This document shows, in pieces, positions 47,128-57,922 of a stretch of 64,000 nt of DNA. The position numbers and the translations under genes were made by a program. Location: NCBI GenBank assembly GCA_963761305.1, contig CAVXGK010000002.1:1312001-1376000 (forward strand). The letters are read 5' to 3'. Position 1 is the first letter of the stretch, and the number at the start of each line of letters is the position of its first letter. The stretch is from an uncultured Gemmatimonadaceae bacterium (lineage in GTDB: Bacteria; Gemmatimonadota; Gemmatimonadetes; Gemmatimonadales; Gemmatimonadaceae). The notes under the pieces are model-generated. The model was not told where the DNA came from. It worked only from the letters and a program-made list of their open reading frames with translations, and ran no database searches.

Positions 47128-47919
47128 GTGGCGAAACACGCTCGGTTTACGTTCGTCACGGCGGGGCTCGCCGTCACGCTGTTCGTCGGCATACTGATTT
47201 GTCTCGAGGTCGGACGCGACTGGGGAACGCACGAGATCGCGATCCACGGCGCTGAAGCACGAACCGGCGTCGGCGTGGTCGACGGCGCCGTGTACGCCAT
47301 GCTCGCTCTCCTGTTGGGATTCAGCTTCAACGGAGCCGCGGCGCGGTTCGACGCACGACGCTCCCTGATCGCGCAGGAAGTGAACGCGATCGGTACGGCG
47401 TGGCAGCGCATCGACCTGCTGCCCGCCGACGCACAGGCGAAGGCCATCCGCGCCGGCATGCAGCGCTATCTCGACGCGCTCCTCGCGTCGTATGCACAGA
47501 CGTTGGGCGCAGTCGATCCGTTCAGCGAGCCTGGCGTGATGAACGACGCTCAACGCGATCTCTGGTCGCAGTCGGTGGCGGCGTGCATCACACCGAACGG
47601 TGAAAAGGCGAGAATGCTCCTCTTGCCGGGGCTCAACGAAATGTTCGGCCTCGTGGAGCAGGAGCGCCTCGCGCGGCGCGTTCACCCGCCCTTCATCGTC
47701 TACATGATGTTGGCCATGACGGCGCTCGCCTCGTCGCTCTTTGCCGGCTACGGCCTGGCCGGCACGCCCGACCGCAACTGGCTCTATATCATAGGCGTGG
47801 CCGCGACGATCTCCGCCATCTTGTACGTCATCGTGGAGCTCGAATATCCCCGCCGCGGTCTCGTTCGCATCGACGACATGGACCAGGCGCTGGTGGAGTT
47901 GCGCGCGACGATGACGTGA
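47128..47919 (+). CDS. DUF4239-like membrane protein
   Basis: LLLGFSF, EVNAIGTAW and LEYPRRGLVRI motifs. Confidence 0.75.
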   Translation: MAKHARFTFVTAGLAVTLFVGILICLEVGRDWGTHEIAIHGAEARTGVGVVDGAVYAMLALLLGFSFNGAAARFDARRSLIAQEVNAIGTAWQRIDLLPADAQAKAIRAGMQRYLDALLASYAQTLGAVDPFSEPGVMNDAQRDLWSQSVAACITPNGEKARMLLLPGLNEMFGLVEQERLARRVHPPFIVYMMLAMTALASSLFAGYGLAGTPDRNWLYIIGVAATISAILYVIVELEYPRRGLVRIDDMDQALVELRATMT

Positions 47920-47932
47920 GCGGTCGATCCGG

Positions 47933-48967
47933 TCAGAAGGTGATCATGACCTTGATGGCATCGCGACCGTTCATCGCGCGATAGCCGTCCGGGACGCCGT
48001 CGAGACTCGTCACGCGGTCGAACACGCGCCCCGGCTGGATGCGCCCGTCGAGCACGTCGGGCAGCAGCGTGTCGATGTACGCGCGCACCGGCGCGGGGCC
48101 ACCGCCGATCGTGATGTTCTTGAAGAACACCTCCGAGGCCATCGGCACCGTCGCGGCTTGCGGGACGCCGACCCGGCCGACGGCCCCGCCCGCGCGCGTG
48201 ATGCTCAGCGCCGTGACCGTCGATTCTTCATAGCCGACGCACTCGAGCACCGAGTGCGCGCCGAGTCCGCCCGTGAGCTCGCGCACGCGCTCGATCGCCT
48301 CTTGGCCGCGCTCGCTGACGATATCGGTCGCGCCGAACTCGCGCGCGAGCGCAACGCGGTCGTGGTGACGCCCCAGAACCATGATGCGTTCCGCGCCGAG
48401 GCGGCGCGCGGCGATGACGCCGCAGAGGCCGACGGCGCCGTCGCCGACGATCGCGACCGTCTTACCCGGGCCGACCTTCGCCGCTGTCGCCGCGTGATGC
48501 CCGGTGCCCATGACATCCGACAGCGTGAGCAGCGATGGCATGAGCGCCGCGTCGCGCTCGACCGGAAGCACGACGAGCGTTCCGTCGGCTTGCGGGGCAC
48601 GCACCGCCTCGCCCTGCCCGCCGTCGACGCCAGGGCTGCCCCACCCGCCTCCGTGAAGACACGACGACTGCAGCCCCGCTCGGCAGAACTCGCACGTTCC
48701 GTCGGACCAGAGGAACGGCGCGACGACGAGGTCGCCTTTCTTCACCGTTCGCACCGCAGCGCCGACATCCTCCACGAGGCCGATGAACTCGTGGCCCATG
48801 CGGCGACCCGTCGGCGTCGGCGCCATCTTCTTGTACGGCCACAGGTCGCTGCCGCAAATGCACGCGCGCGTGATCCGGATCAGCGCGTCCGTCGGTTCCA
48901 GGATCTTCGCATCGGGGACGGTCTCCACGCGGACGTCCCCCGCGCCGTACATCAACGTGGCTCGCAT
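47933..48967 (-). CDS. Zinc-dependent alcohol dehydrogenase family protein
   Basis: ICGSDL, GHEFIG and GDGAVG motifs. Confidence 0.93.
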   Translation of the reverse strand: MRATLMYGAGDVRVETVPDAKILEPTDALIRITRACICGSDLWPYKKMAPTPTGRRMGHEFIGLVEDVGAAVRTVKKGDLVVAPFLWSDGTCEFCRAGLQSSCLHGGGWGSPGVDGGQGEAVRAPQADGTLVVLPVERDAALMPSLLTLSDVMGTGHHAATAAKVGPGKTVAIVGDGAVGLCGVIAARRLGAERIMVLGRHHDRVALAREFGATDIVSERGQEAIERVRELTGGLGAHSVLECVGYEESTVTALSITRAGGAVGRVGVPQAATVPMASEVFFKNITIGGGPAPVRAYIDTLLPDVLDGRIQPGRVFDRVTSLDGVPDGYRAMNGRDAIKVMITF

Positions 48968-49006
48968 TCGAGTCCTGTCACCTGTGTGACTGTCGCCGGT
49001 CTCACG

Positions 49007-49213
49007 CTATTTGTCTTGCAGCACGAACGTCACTTTCAGCAACACGCGGTACTCCGAGACCTTGCCTTTCTCGACGATGACCTTCTGGCTCTTCACCCAC
49101 GCGCTGGTGATGTTGCGGAGCGTTTTCTCGGCGCGGGCGATGCCGACGGTGAGCGCGTCTTCGAAACTCTTTGGTGAGGAAGATTGAATCTCGGTTATCT
49201 TGGCGACGGACAT
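49007..49213 (-). CDS. Dodecin-family protein
   Basis: SPKSFEDA...AWVK...EYRVLLKVTF. Confidence 0.93.
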   Translation of the reverse strand: MSVAKITEIQSSSPKSFEDALTVGIARAEKTLRNITSAWVKSQKVIVEKGKVSEYRVLLKVTFVLQDK

Positions 49214-49441
49214 GGGGCGCTCCGGAGTGGAGTGCGGCGCCGCGCCCCATGACCGAGTGTCACGGGCGCCGCGCCGACCGTCCGGACAACGCTAGCGGGA
49301 AAGCCTCGTGAGCGCGCGAGCGCCGGCTCATAGCCGCCTCAACCAATCGCCGCAAGGCGAGTCGCGCCGTTTGGACGCTGTTCCGCCGGCGACTACTCTT
49401 CGACAGGCGATTCGCGCGCGACATCCCAGGGGGAGAGGTTC

Positions 49442-49792
49442 ATGAAGGCGTCACCGATGGCTGGCGGGCTCGACTCCGCCCTGACCGACGCGGCGTCGCG
49501 TCGCATGTCGAACCAACTCGCGCGCGCCTATCGCGGAACGTTCGGCGCCCGGACCGGGCTGCGGGTCATCGTCTTGCCGCTGGCGCGCGAGATGATTCGC
49601 GGCGGCGTGTCGCCCGAGGCGGCCAACGGCATGCTGGAGCGTTGCGTCCTCGACCATCCGGCCCGGGTCATCGGCGACGCGCAGCAGACGACGGGAGGCG
49701 CCGCGCATTCCGGAATTCTCATCGACCTGATGCACGAGTGCGTCGCCGCGGCGGTCCTCGAATGCGCGACGGCCGCGCGCGCGAGCGGATGA
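49442..49792 (+). CDS. Small hypothetical protein
   Basis: GGAGAGG RBS; helical composition. Confidence 0.65.
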   Translation: MKASPMAGGLDSALTDAASRRMSNQLARAYRGTFGARTGLRVIVLPLAREMIRGGVSPEAANGMLERCVLDHPARVIGDAQQTTGGAAHSGILIDLMHECVAAAVLECATAARASG

Positions 49793-49796
49793 CACC

Positions 49797-49985
49797 ATGG
49801 TCGCCATGAAGCGAAAGCCGGTACAGGTTCTTCTCGTCGAGAACAAGCTGATCATGCTCTGCGACGACGGCACGATGTGGCTCGGTCAACCCGCCAACGC
49901 GGCGGCCGTCGACTGGCAACAAATGACAACCCCTCCGGACACCGACGAGACTGGTCCGGTCGGCTTTCGCACGGCCAAGGGATGA
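49797..49985 (+). CDS. Small hypothetical protein
   Basis: Closely follows the upstream gene; LCDDGTMW motif. Confidence 0.6.
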   Translation: MVAMKRKPVQVLLVENKLIMLCDDGTMWLGQPANAAAVDWQQMTTPPDTDETGPVGFRTAKG

Positions 49986-50007
49986 GCGCCGCCGAGCGCC
50001 GAGCCGT

Positions 50008-51420
50008 TCACTCGTTCGAACGGCCGCCCGGGCGCTCGAGCCATGTCTCGCGCCAGAAAACGTGCTCGTCCTCGGCGTTGAAGCCCACGTTTTCGCCGGT
50101 GCTGCGCACACCTTCGAGCACGATCGACGGAATCGACATCGTTTTGAGCTCGCCCGTTCGCTCGGCGATCACCCGATGGAGGACCGCCCGCACCACGTAT
50201 TCTCCGCCGCAGTAGCGGAGCATCTCGGGGTCGAAGTACAGACCGCGGTTGCGGCTCTGGTTGTTGAGCGTTCTCGCAATTCGCTCCTTCGACTTGACTC
50301 TGACAGGATCGCCGGGCTCGAGACCGAGCGACTCAGTGGGAGACGTCACCGACGTCGAGCGGTCCAGGTACGGGAACACCGCCACGCCGCGCTTTTTCTG
50401 AACCCAGTTGAAGCACGCGACGCCCGTGCCTGACAACAGGACGCGCAGGCGGACGTTCCCGGTCGCGAAATCTCGAACGATGTGCCGAGGATCTCGCGCC
50501 GCAAGCGGCTCGGTGCCAGTCGCCAGCTCGGTGGCCTGACACATGTACGTCACGCGTCCGTCCGCCGCGTCGCGCCGAGCGAGCTGATACAGACGAGTCG
50601 GCGCGAGAGGCGGCCGGAACATTTGTTGTTCGAACGCTCGATCGGCCACGTCTTCGCGCCGCAGCCATGCCTCGTTCCACCGCAGGCGACAGTTCGACTC
50701 GCACCCGCCATGGGCCTCGCCAGTGCATCGAGCGTCGTCGAGCTGGACGACGTCGCGAACACGCTTGAGTCCCGCGTGATGAATCCAGTCGTGGATCTTG
50801 TCGACCCGTCGAAACACTGTGGCGCTTCGGCCGCAGAACGCGATCATTTCCGGCATGAAAGGCAGGCCGTCGCGCGCGCCGTTCGCATCGAGCGTCGCGA
50901 GAATCTCGTCGAGATTTCGGACGACGACCCGGTCGCCTGGCCGAAGATGAAGCACCCCGGCCCGACGGTCCAACACGGCCGTCACCGCCCGAAGACCTCG
51001 GGCAATCCAACTTCGCCGGGCCTCTCGCGGCGTGAGGTCCGCGTACGGTCGTCCCCCTCGTCCCAGTGCGTGTCGGCGGAGAACAATCCAGCCTCCCACG
51101 ATGACAAGCACCAAGAAGACCATCACGGCAACGAGCGCCGCGAGAACGAGCGATGCCGGGATCCACCCATCGGCGCGGGGGAAGACGCGTTGGTGCGCGG
51201 CGATCAGTGCGACTCCGATGCCGGCGGCCGTGGAGCACACTGCACCGACCGCGGCGGCGATTGCCGTCTTCCAGTAGCTCCTGCGGTATCTGTCTTCGGG
51301 GGAGCCGACCGCCGTGCGGTCGCGTGCGCCCGAGATGGGCGGCGCGCTCAGGTTCGCTCTACCGCGTCGTCGCGGTTCGTCGGCACGACGACGCCGACGA
51401 GGAGCATTTTCGGACTTCAT
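50008..51420 (-). CDS. Membrane-anchored hypothetical protein with an internally duplicated domain
   Basis: Two TM helices, then two copies of LxPGDxVxV...TL...GLxFxPEM..CG...W.E.WL.R. Confidence 0.75.
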   Translation of the reverse strand: MKSENAPRRRRRADEPRRRGRANLSAPPISGARDRTAVGSPEDRYRRSYWKTAIAAAVGAVCSTAAGIGVALIAAHQRVFPRADGWIPASLVLAALVAVMVFLVLVIVGGWIVLRRHALGRGGRPYADLTPREARRSWIARGLRAVTAVLDRRAGVLHLRPGDRVVVRNLDEILATLDANGARDGLPFMPEMIAFCGRSATVFRRVDKIHDWIHHAGLKRVRDVVQLDDARCTGEAHGGCESNCRLRWNEAWLRREDVADRAFEQQMFRPPLAPTRLYQLARRDAADGRVTYMCQATELATGTEPLAARDPRHIVRDFATGNVRLRVLLSGTGVACFNWVQKKRGVAVFPYLDRSTSVTSPTESLGLEPGDPVRVKSKERIARTLNNQSRNRGLYFDPEMLRYCGGEYVVRAVLHRVIAERTGELKTMSIPSIVLEGVRSTGENVGFNAEDEHVFWRETWLERPGGRSNE

Positions 51421-51676
51421 GCAGGAACACCCTGAGAGATGAGATCGTGGCGCTGCTTCGCGCCTCGGTCATGATCGCAAGACCGAGGCTGTCACCCGAT
51501 CACCCTCCCGCGGCACGCATCTCGTTGCTACACGGGCAGTTGGGTTGCCGAAAACCCGATGGCTCCCTTGATCTTAGTCTCGCGGGCGCGACGGCCACGT
51601 TGCGAGATCACGACACCGCGGCGTGGACGCGCGCGGGCCATTCTCCAAAATGATGCGGGTCGGCGGGACGGGCCGG

Positions 51677-52980
<1,304 letters not shown>

Positions 52981-52984
<4 letters not shown>

Positions 52985-54384
52985 GTCACCCGCGCCCCGA
53001 GCGGACCGATTTCGAACTCCCGCGCCGCCTGCTCGTGCTCGCTCCCGCGCATCTTGACGACGCGGAGCCTGCGCTGCCCGCCGTGCCCATCGCCCCACGC
53101 CAGATGGATGAGGTTGTCGGACATGTAGCTGAAGCGCTGCTGGGTCCAGGACGGGCCGAGTGTGCCCTCACCCGATTCGAGGGTGAGCATCGTCGAGACG
53201 CCGCGGACGGCGAAGTGTTGAATGAGCGAATACAAATAGTCGTGCAGCCGCTGTTCGTCGTTCGCGGCGATGGCCAGGTCGCCGACGGCGTCGATGACCA
53301 AACGCCGGACGGTGCCGGTGCGAATCGTCTCGAAGATCCGAGCGACGATGCTGTCGATCTGCAATTCGACTGGCGATGCGTACATCAATGAAAGCCCCTG
53401 TTCGTGGGCGAGCTCGGGGTCGTATCCCAGATTGGCCACGGCGCGCCGGAGCTGCGCGGGATTCTCCTGAAAATGGATGAACATCACCTCTTCGCCTCGC
53501 CTCACGCCCTCGATCGCGAATTGCAACGCGATCGTCGTCTTCCCCGAACCGGTCGACCCGATCACCAGCGTGGTCGATCCGGCGAACGGGCCACCCCCCA
53601 TGAGCTCGTCAAGTCCGGCGACGCCGGTCGGAAGGCGCTCGACGAGCGACTCGTAGTGCTCGGGGACACGCGGGGAGACGAGTCGCGGATATAGCGCCAA
53701 CCCGTCGCTGGTGATGCGAAAAGCGTGCTGACCCTCGCGATACGCGCTGCCTCTCAGCTTGAGCACTCGCATGAATCGCTCGTCGCGCGTCGTCAGCGGC
53801 TGGCGAGCCAGCTCCACGATCGAGTCGGCGACGGCGAACTCCGGCAGGCGGCCGATGTCGGCGCGGGTGTATTCGCCGAGCAGGAAGGCGGTGACGTCAT
53901 AGGCCGAAAGCAGGCCGGCGAACCGCGACATGAAGGCCCGCATGTCGTCTTTCGCCATCGACAGGTCGTGGATCGCCCGAAACGAGTCGATGACGATGAT
54001 GCGCGGTGAACGCGTCCTGATCGCGTCGGCGAGCCAGGTCAGGAGCGCCTCTGGTCCGTTGTCCGCCAACGCGCGGCCAAGATCGTCGTACTGGATGTCC
54101 GTTCCGATGCGGTCGACGTCGAAGAACGAAAACCGCTGCACGTACGTCACGACCTTGCTGAGCGGCTCCGAGAGGGTGGTGACGTACAGCAGCGGCCTCT
54201 CGCCGTCGACGTTGTGAAACAGCAGCTGTTCGGCGAAGATCGTTTTTCCGGTTCCGGGATCTCCCATCAGAATATTGATGGAGTTCCGCGGGAACCCGCC
54301 GCCGAGGATGGAGTCCGCTTGCGGATTGCCGCTTTGAATGCGCGACCCCACCCCGTTGTCGGTGATCGTGGCCTCGTCCGTCAT
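52981..54384 (-). CDS. KaiC-like double-domain ATPase
   Basis: Two Walker A motifs (GDPGTGKT, GSTGSGKT); IDS/IDA; KLRG/KMRG. Confidence 0.92.
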
Positions 54385-54863
54385 GCGATGCCGCCGTCTG
54401 GACTGGGCGACGATCGGAGCAGCAGGAGTTGGCGCACGGTCTCCACGAGACGCTTTTCGGCCAGAGGCTTCATCAGGAAGGCGTCGGCTCCGGCCTCGCT
54501 GGCGCGCAAATGAACGGCGAGGATGCTGAACACCAGGACGACCGTCGAATGGAGCAGCGGATCCGCCTTGATCGCGCGACACAGGGCGAGGCCGTCCAAG
54601 CGGGGTACGAGCACCTCGGTGATGACGATGTCCGGACGCAACGTGCGCGTGCGTTCCAGCGCTTTCGCGCCGTCGGCGGCAAAATCCACTTCGAACCCGG
54701 CTTCGTTCAGGAAAAACGACTCTAGCTCGCGAATGTCCGGATCGCGCTCGACGACGAGAATCAGGGCGCGACCGTGGCGATTGAGGGAAGCCTCGTCGCG
54801 CGGGATCGCGGCCTGCGGCGCCGGCGGGCGCGCTGGCGGCACGGCCTGGCTCGCTTTGATCAT
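54381..54863 (-). CDS. Single-domain (pseudo-)response regulator
   Basis: REC motifs (PRLDG, GADAFLMKP), but the phospho-acceptor position reads IVITEV. Confidence 0.88.
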   Translation of the reverse strand: MIKASQAVPPARPPAPQAAIPRDEASLNRHGRALILVVERDPDIRELESFFLNEAGFEVDFAADGAKALERTRTLRPDIVITEVLVPRLDGLALCRAIKADPLLHSTVVLVFSILAVHLRASEAGADAFLMKPLAEKRLVETVRQLLLLRSSPSPDGGIA

Positions 54864-55009
54864 GATGTCAGGGTGCTCAGCGGCAAATGCCGTACCCAAC
54901 TGTTAGGGCGCGCGGCCCGTGCGCCAAAGCCGGCGCCGACATGGGTGCGGCGCCGAGGCGAGAATCGGCGAAAAAAACTACGGAGCGCGCCAGGCTTCGG
55001 CTAGCGCCG

Positions 55010-55087
55010 GTGCGGAGACCTGGAACGAGTGCGGGGGCGGTGTGCGGAGACCGGGAACGAGTGCGGTGGCGGGGTGCGGAGAACTGG
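55010..55087. repeat. 32-bp tandem repeat, about 2.4 copies, with a GTGCGGAGAC core
   Basis: Cores at 55010, 55042 and 55074. Confidence 0.8.
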
Positions 55088-55098
55088 TCCGCGCGACG

Positions 55099-55770
55099 TC
55101 ATTCTCGCATAGCCAGCGACGGCACCGCTATCAGAGTTGGAGACGGCCGCTCTTGAACCTGGCGCACGGCCACGAATCCATACGCCACCGCAAGCCCGAT
55201 CCAAGTCAGCGAATCGAGCCACAGCACGCCCGACAGGTTCGCCGCGAAGTGGATCGGCGCGGCGATCGTCGCCGTCACGGCGGCCCATCGCGGAATCAGC
55301 CGCGTGCGAATGAGCGCCGCGCCGAGCATGATGGCGCCCACGACGTGAAGTGTCGCCAGGATATCCAGCGCGATCATGATCGGGCTGTTCACGATGTGGG
55401 AATAGAGATCGATCATCGCCTGCGTCGGCGGCCCGGCGCGGGTGATTTCGACGGCGACCGGATCTCCAGCCAGCGGTCCGACGATGGCCATCCAGCCGAC
55501 GAGGGTGAGCACACCGCCGATGATCGCGAGCTTCGGTGAGCTGCGCACCAGTGCGCGCATGAGGGCGAGGGTTGCCGGAACAGCCAGGAGAATCCCCGCC
55601 AACACGAAAACGTCGGAGATCGTCGTCATCGACCCGTGGCCATCGATGGCCTTGAGGATCGCTCCCGCGTTGAGAAGACCGTACGCGGGATACAGAAGCC
55701 AGTAGGCGAGAATGAGCAGTGGAAACAGGACCAGGCTCACCGCCGACAGCACGTTCACCGTTCGCGTCAT
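55099..55770 (-). CDS. Multi-pass membrane protein (DUF4386-like)
   Basis: About 6 TM helices; GGGAGG RBS before ATG 55770. Confidence 0.75.
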   Translation of the reverse strand: MTRTVNVLSAVSLVLFPLLILAYWLLYPAYGLLNAGAILKAIDGHGSMTTISDVFVLAGILLAVPATLALMRALVRSSPKLAIIGGVLTLVGWMAIVGPLAGDPVAVEITRAGPPTQAMIDLYSHIVNSPIMIALDILATLHVVGAIMLGAALIRTRLIPRWAAVTATIAAPIHFAANLSGVLWLDSLTWIGLAVAYGFVAVRQVQERPSPTLIAVPSLAMRE

Positions 55771-55868
55771 CGCACGCCTCCCGAGACGCAGAAAGAATGC
55801 ACGGCTGGGGTTGTCGGGCAATGTTCGATCCAAAGCGGGTGCGGAGACGGAGACGGAGTGCGGAGACC

Positions 55869-56009
55869 TTAGCCGATGTAGATCAATCCCCCGATGAGCA
55901 ACGTGATGAAGAGCGCGATCGTCGCCGTCGACGGTTTGGCGTCGAGGCGGTCGAACGCCGGGGATGGCCGGCGCATACGTCGGTGCTGCGTAGCCAGTCG
56001 TCGTTCCAT
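55869..56009 (-). CDS. Small single-TM protein
   Basis: GGAG RBS; basic N-terminus and C-terminal TM helix. Confidence 0.5.
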   Translation of the reverse strand: MERRLATQHRRMRRPSPAFDRLDAKPSTATIALFITLLIGGLIYIG

Positions 56010-56407
56010 TGTGTCTCCGGAGATCGTCGTACCGGCGAGGCGTGGCGGCATCCGTGGTGGGAGACGGGAGCGCCTACTGCCGGCGGGTTTTCGAGACCAA
56101 TAGTCCGGATCGTCGCGACGACGCGGCGATAGCGTCCCGAGGATCGCTACCGCGTAGTTAGAGAGCCGTGAAGGAACGCGGACGGAGTCGTTACGGGCGA
56201 GGGCTTGCCGACGTCTACGCGACCGGTGTTGGTACCCAGCCTGACGGCTCGGTATGTTCCGATAGGTGAGGGGCTCGGCGCAGCCATTGGCGGGACCGTC
56301 GCGAGCAAACCCTTTTACCTGGCGAGCGCCTCGTACGTTCGCCGCACAATCGCAAGGCGTTGAAAATCCGGCCGCGCGACGCGGTTCATCTCACCATTAC
56401 TATAAAA

Positions 56408-56569
56408 ATGCCCAAAAAACCGAACTACAATTTTGAGAAGCGGCGGAAGGAAATGGCGCGCAAGGAGAAGCAGGAAGAGAAACGCGCCCGGAAACGCGAG
56501 GCCGAGGAGCTCCCGGAGCCGAATGACAACTCGGTGCCGGGCGCGCCATCGAATCCACCGCCGGAGTAG
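56408..56569 (+). CDS. Small Lys/Glu-rich protein
   Basis: MPKKPNYNFEKRRKEMARKEKQEEK. Confidence 0.7.
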   Translation: MPKKPNYNFEKRRKEMARKEKQEEKRARKREAEELPEPNDNSVPGAPSNPPPE

Positions 56570-56580
56570 AGCGTACCCCT

Positions 56581-56919
56581 TTACGACTTCTCGGGCGATT
56601 CGCCGGAGCTATCGGTCTCGGGGGGCTTCACGGCCGGACGACGCTGGGCCCAGTGGCGCGGGGCTTCGCGCGGACGCTCACGGTTGGCCACCATCTGCGC
56701 ATAGTAGGCGAGAATGCGCGGCTGAAGGTTGGCCGGCGCGTCGCCTTCCTGGGCGCGGAACGCCGCGTACCGATGCGACTCTCCGGTGATGCTGACCCAC
56801 CACCACAGTGAGTCCGGAGTCGCCGGAGAGGTCGCCGCTTCGCACGTGAACGTGCGATCGCCTTCCCGAAACTCCAGGGCCTGCACCATTGGTTCCTTCG
56901 ACGGTTTCCTGGCACCCAT
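56581..56919 (-). CDS. Hypothetical protein
   Basis: GGAG RBS; FTC...WWWVS...RYAAFR...RILAYY. Confidence 0.7.
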   Translation of the reverse strand: MGARKPSKEPMVQALEFREGDRTFTCEAATSPATPDSLWWWVSITGESHRYAAFRAQEGDAPANLQPRILAYYAQMVANRERPREAPRHWAQRRPAVKPPETDSSGESPEKS

Positions 56920-57077
56920 CAACTCATCTCCATCAATCGAGGAATGACACGTGCCGGCCCTCGGACCGCAATCGCCAGCGTCCAACGATCGAGCGAGCAC
57001 ATCAGCCGAAATCGACGAGGGCTCCGAACGACGGGCGCCACGGTGATTCGGTTCGCGAGGGGGGAAGCGTGACCGAC

Positions 57078-57620
57078 TTACTCAATTAAAGATAGTCGAC
57101 TGCCAGGATCGGGGGGACGAATCGGGCGTCTTGGCGAAGAAATTCCAGCGGGATGAAGGATCCTCCAATTCCCTCTGGCCGCTCGTACCGGGACGGGGGC
57201 GGCCTCGCTTACGTAGTGCACCGAATCGACCCCCGGGGCGAGGAGATCGTCGATTGTCGAACGAAACACGTCGTGAACGACGGGAAACGCGAGCCACGCA
57301 ACGCGTCGCGGCAGCGCGAGGCCCGGCGCAAAACGCTCGTGTTGACTGCGGGACCACGCCATCAGCAACGGAACGTGCCGGGCCGACGCCTCCCCGATCA
57401 CGGTCTCGATGGTCGCCGCCGGTGCGTCCCAATCGCAGATCACCAACGCGGGCTGCGTCCGCATCACCGACAGCCAGGCCGGCTCCGACGTGAGCGGAAC
57501 AATGACCGCCAGCCGACAGTCGGCGACCATGTCGCGAACGAGATCCACGAACAGATTACTGCCGGATGCCACGAGCACTGACCCGCGGCTCACCGCGAAT
57601 CCATCGTCATACAGACTCAT
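57078..57620 (-). CDS. Degenerate receiver-like hypothetical protein
   Basis: QPALVICDWD and alpha/beta pattern; lacks the canonical acidic pocket and Lys. Confidence 0.5.
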   Translation of the reverse strand: MSLYDDGFAVSRGSVLVASGSNLFVDLVRDMVADCRLAVIVPLTSEPAWLSVMRTQPALVICDWDAPAATIETVIGEASARHVPLLMAWSRSQHERFAPGLALPRRVAWLAFPVVHDVFRSTIDDLLAPGVDSVHYVSEAAPVPVRAARGNWRILHPAGISSPRRPIRPPDPGSRLSLIE

Positions 57621-57922
57621 CGGGCTCTCCCAGAAGCAAGAGGAGGCTGACCGAAACGGTCTCGAGAGTCCGGTGCGCGGCGCTGCCGCAAGAGACGCGG
57701 GAGGAACGGTGGAAACACCGCTCACAGTTCTTTAAAACTAGCCTCGGTCGCGTTGCGGCGCTCGGGTGTTCCGGGTAAGTTTATCGTTACGAGACACGCG
57801 CAGCGCGCGGTGACAAGTTCCGACAACCGGGGGCCTGCCGATTGCGAGCGGGCCCTTCGTGCGTCGCGCCACTCGAGAGGGAGACGGGAATCGAACCTCG
57901 CACGCCGCACGATCCGCACGCG

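Noticed and set aside
51421..51676. c-di-GMP-I riboswitch
   Set aside because: GGGTTGCCGAA resembles its 3' end, but the GGCAAA/GAAA/GCAAA elements are missing and it is on the wrong strand for the flanking genes. Only a simple hairpin is present (about 51461-51489).
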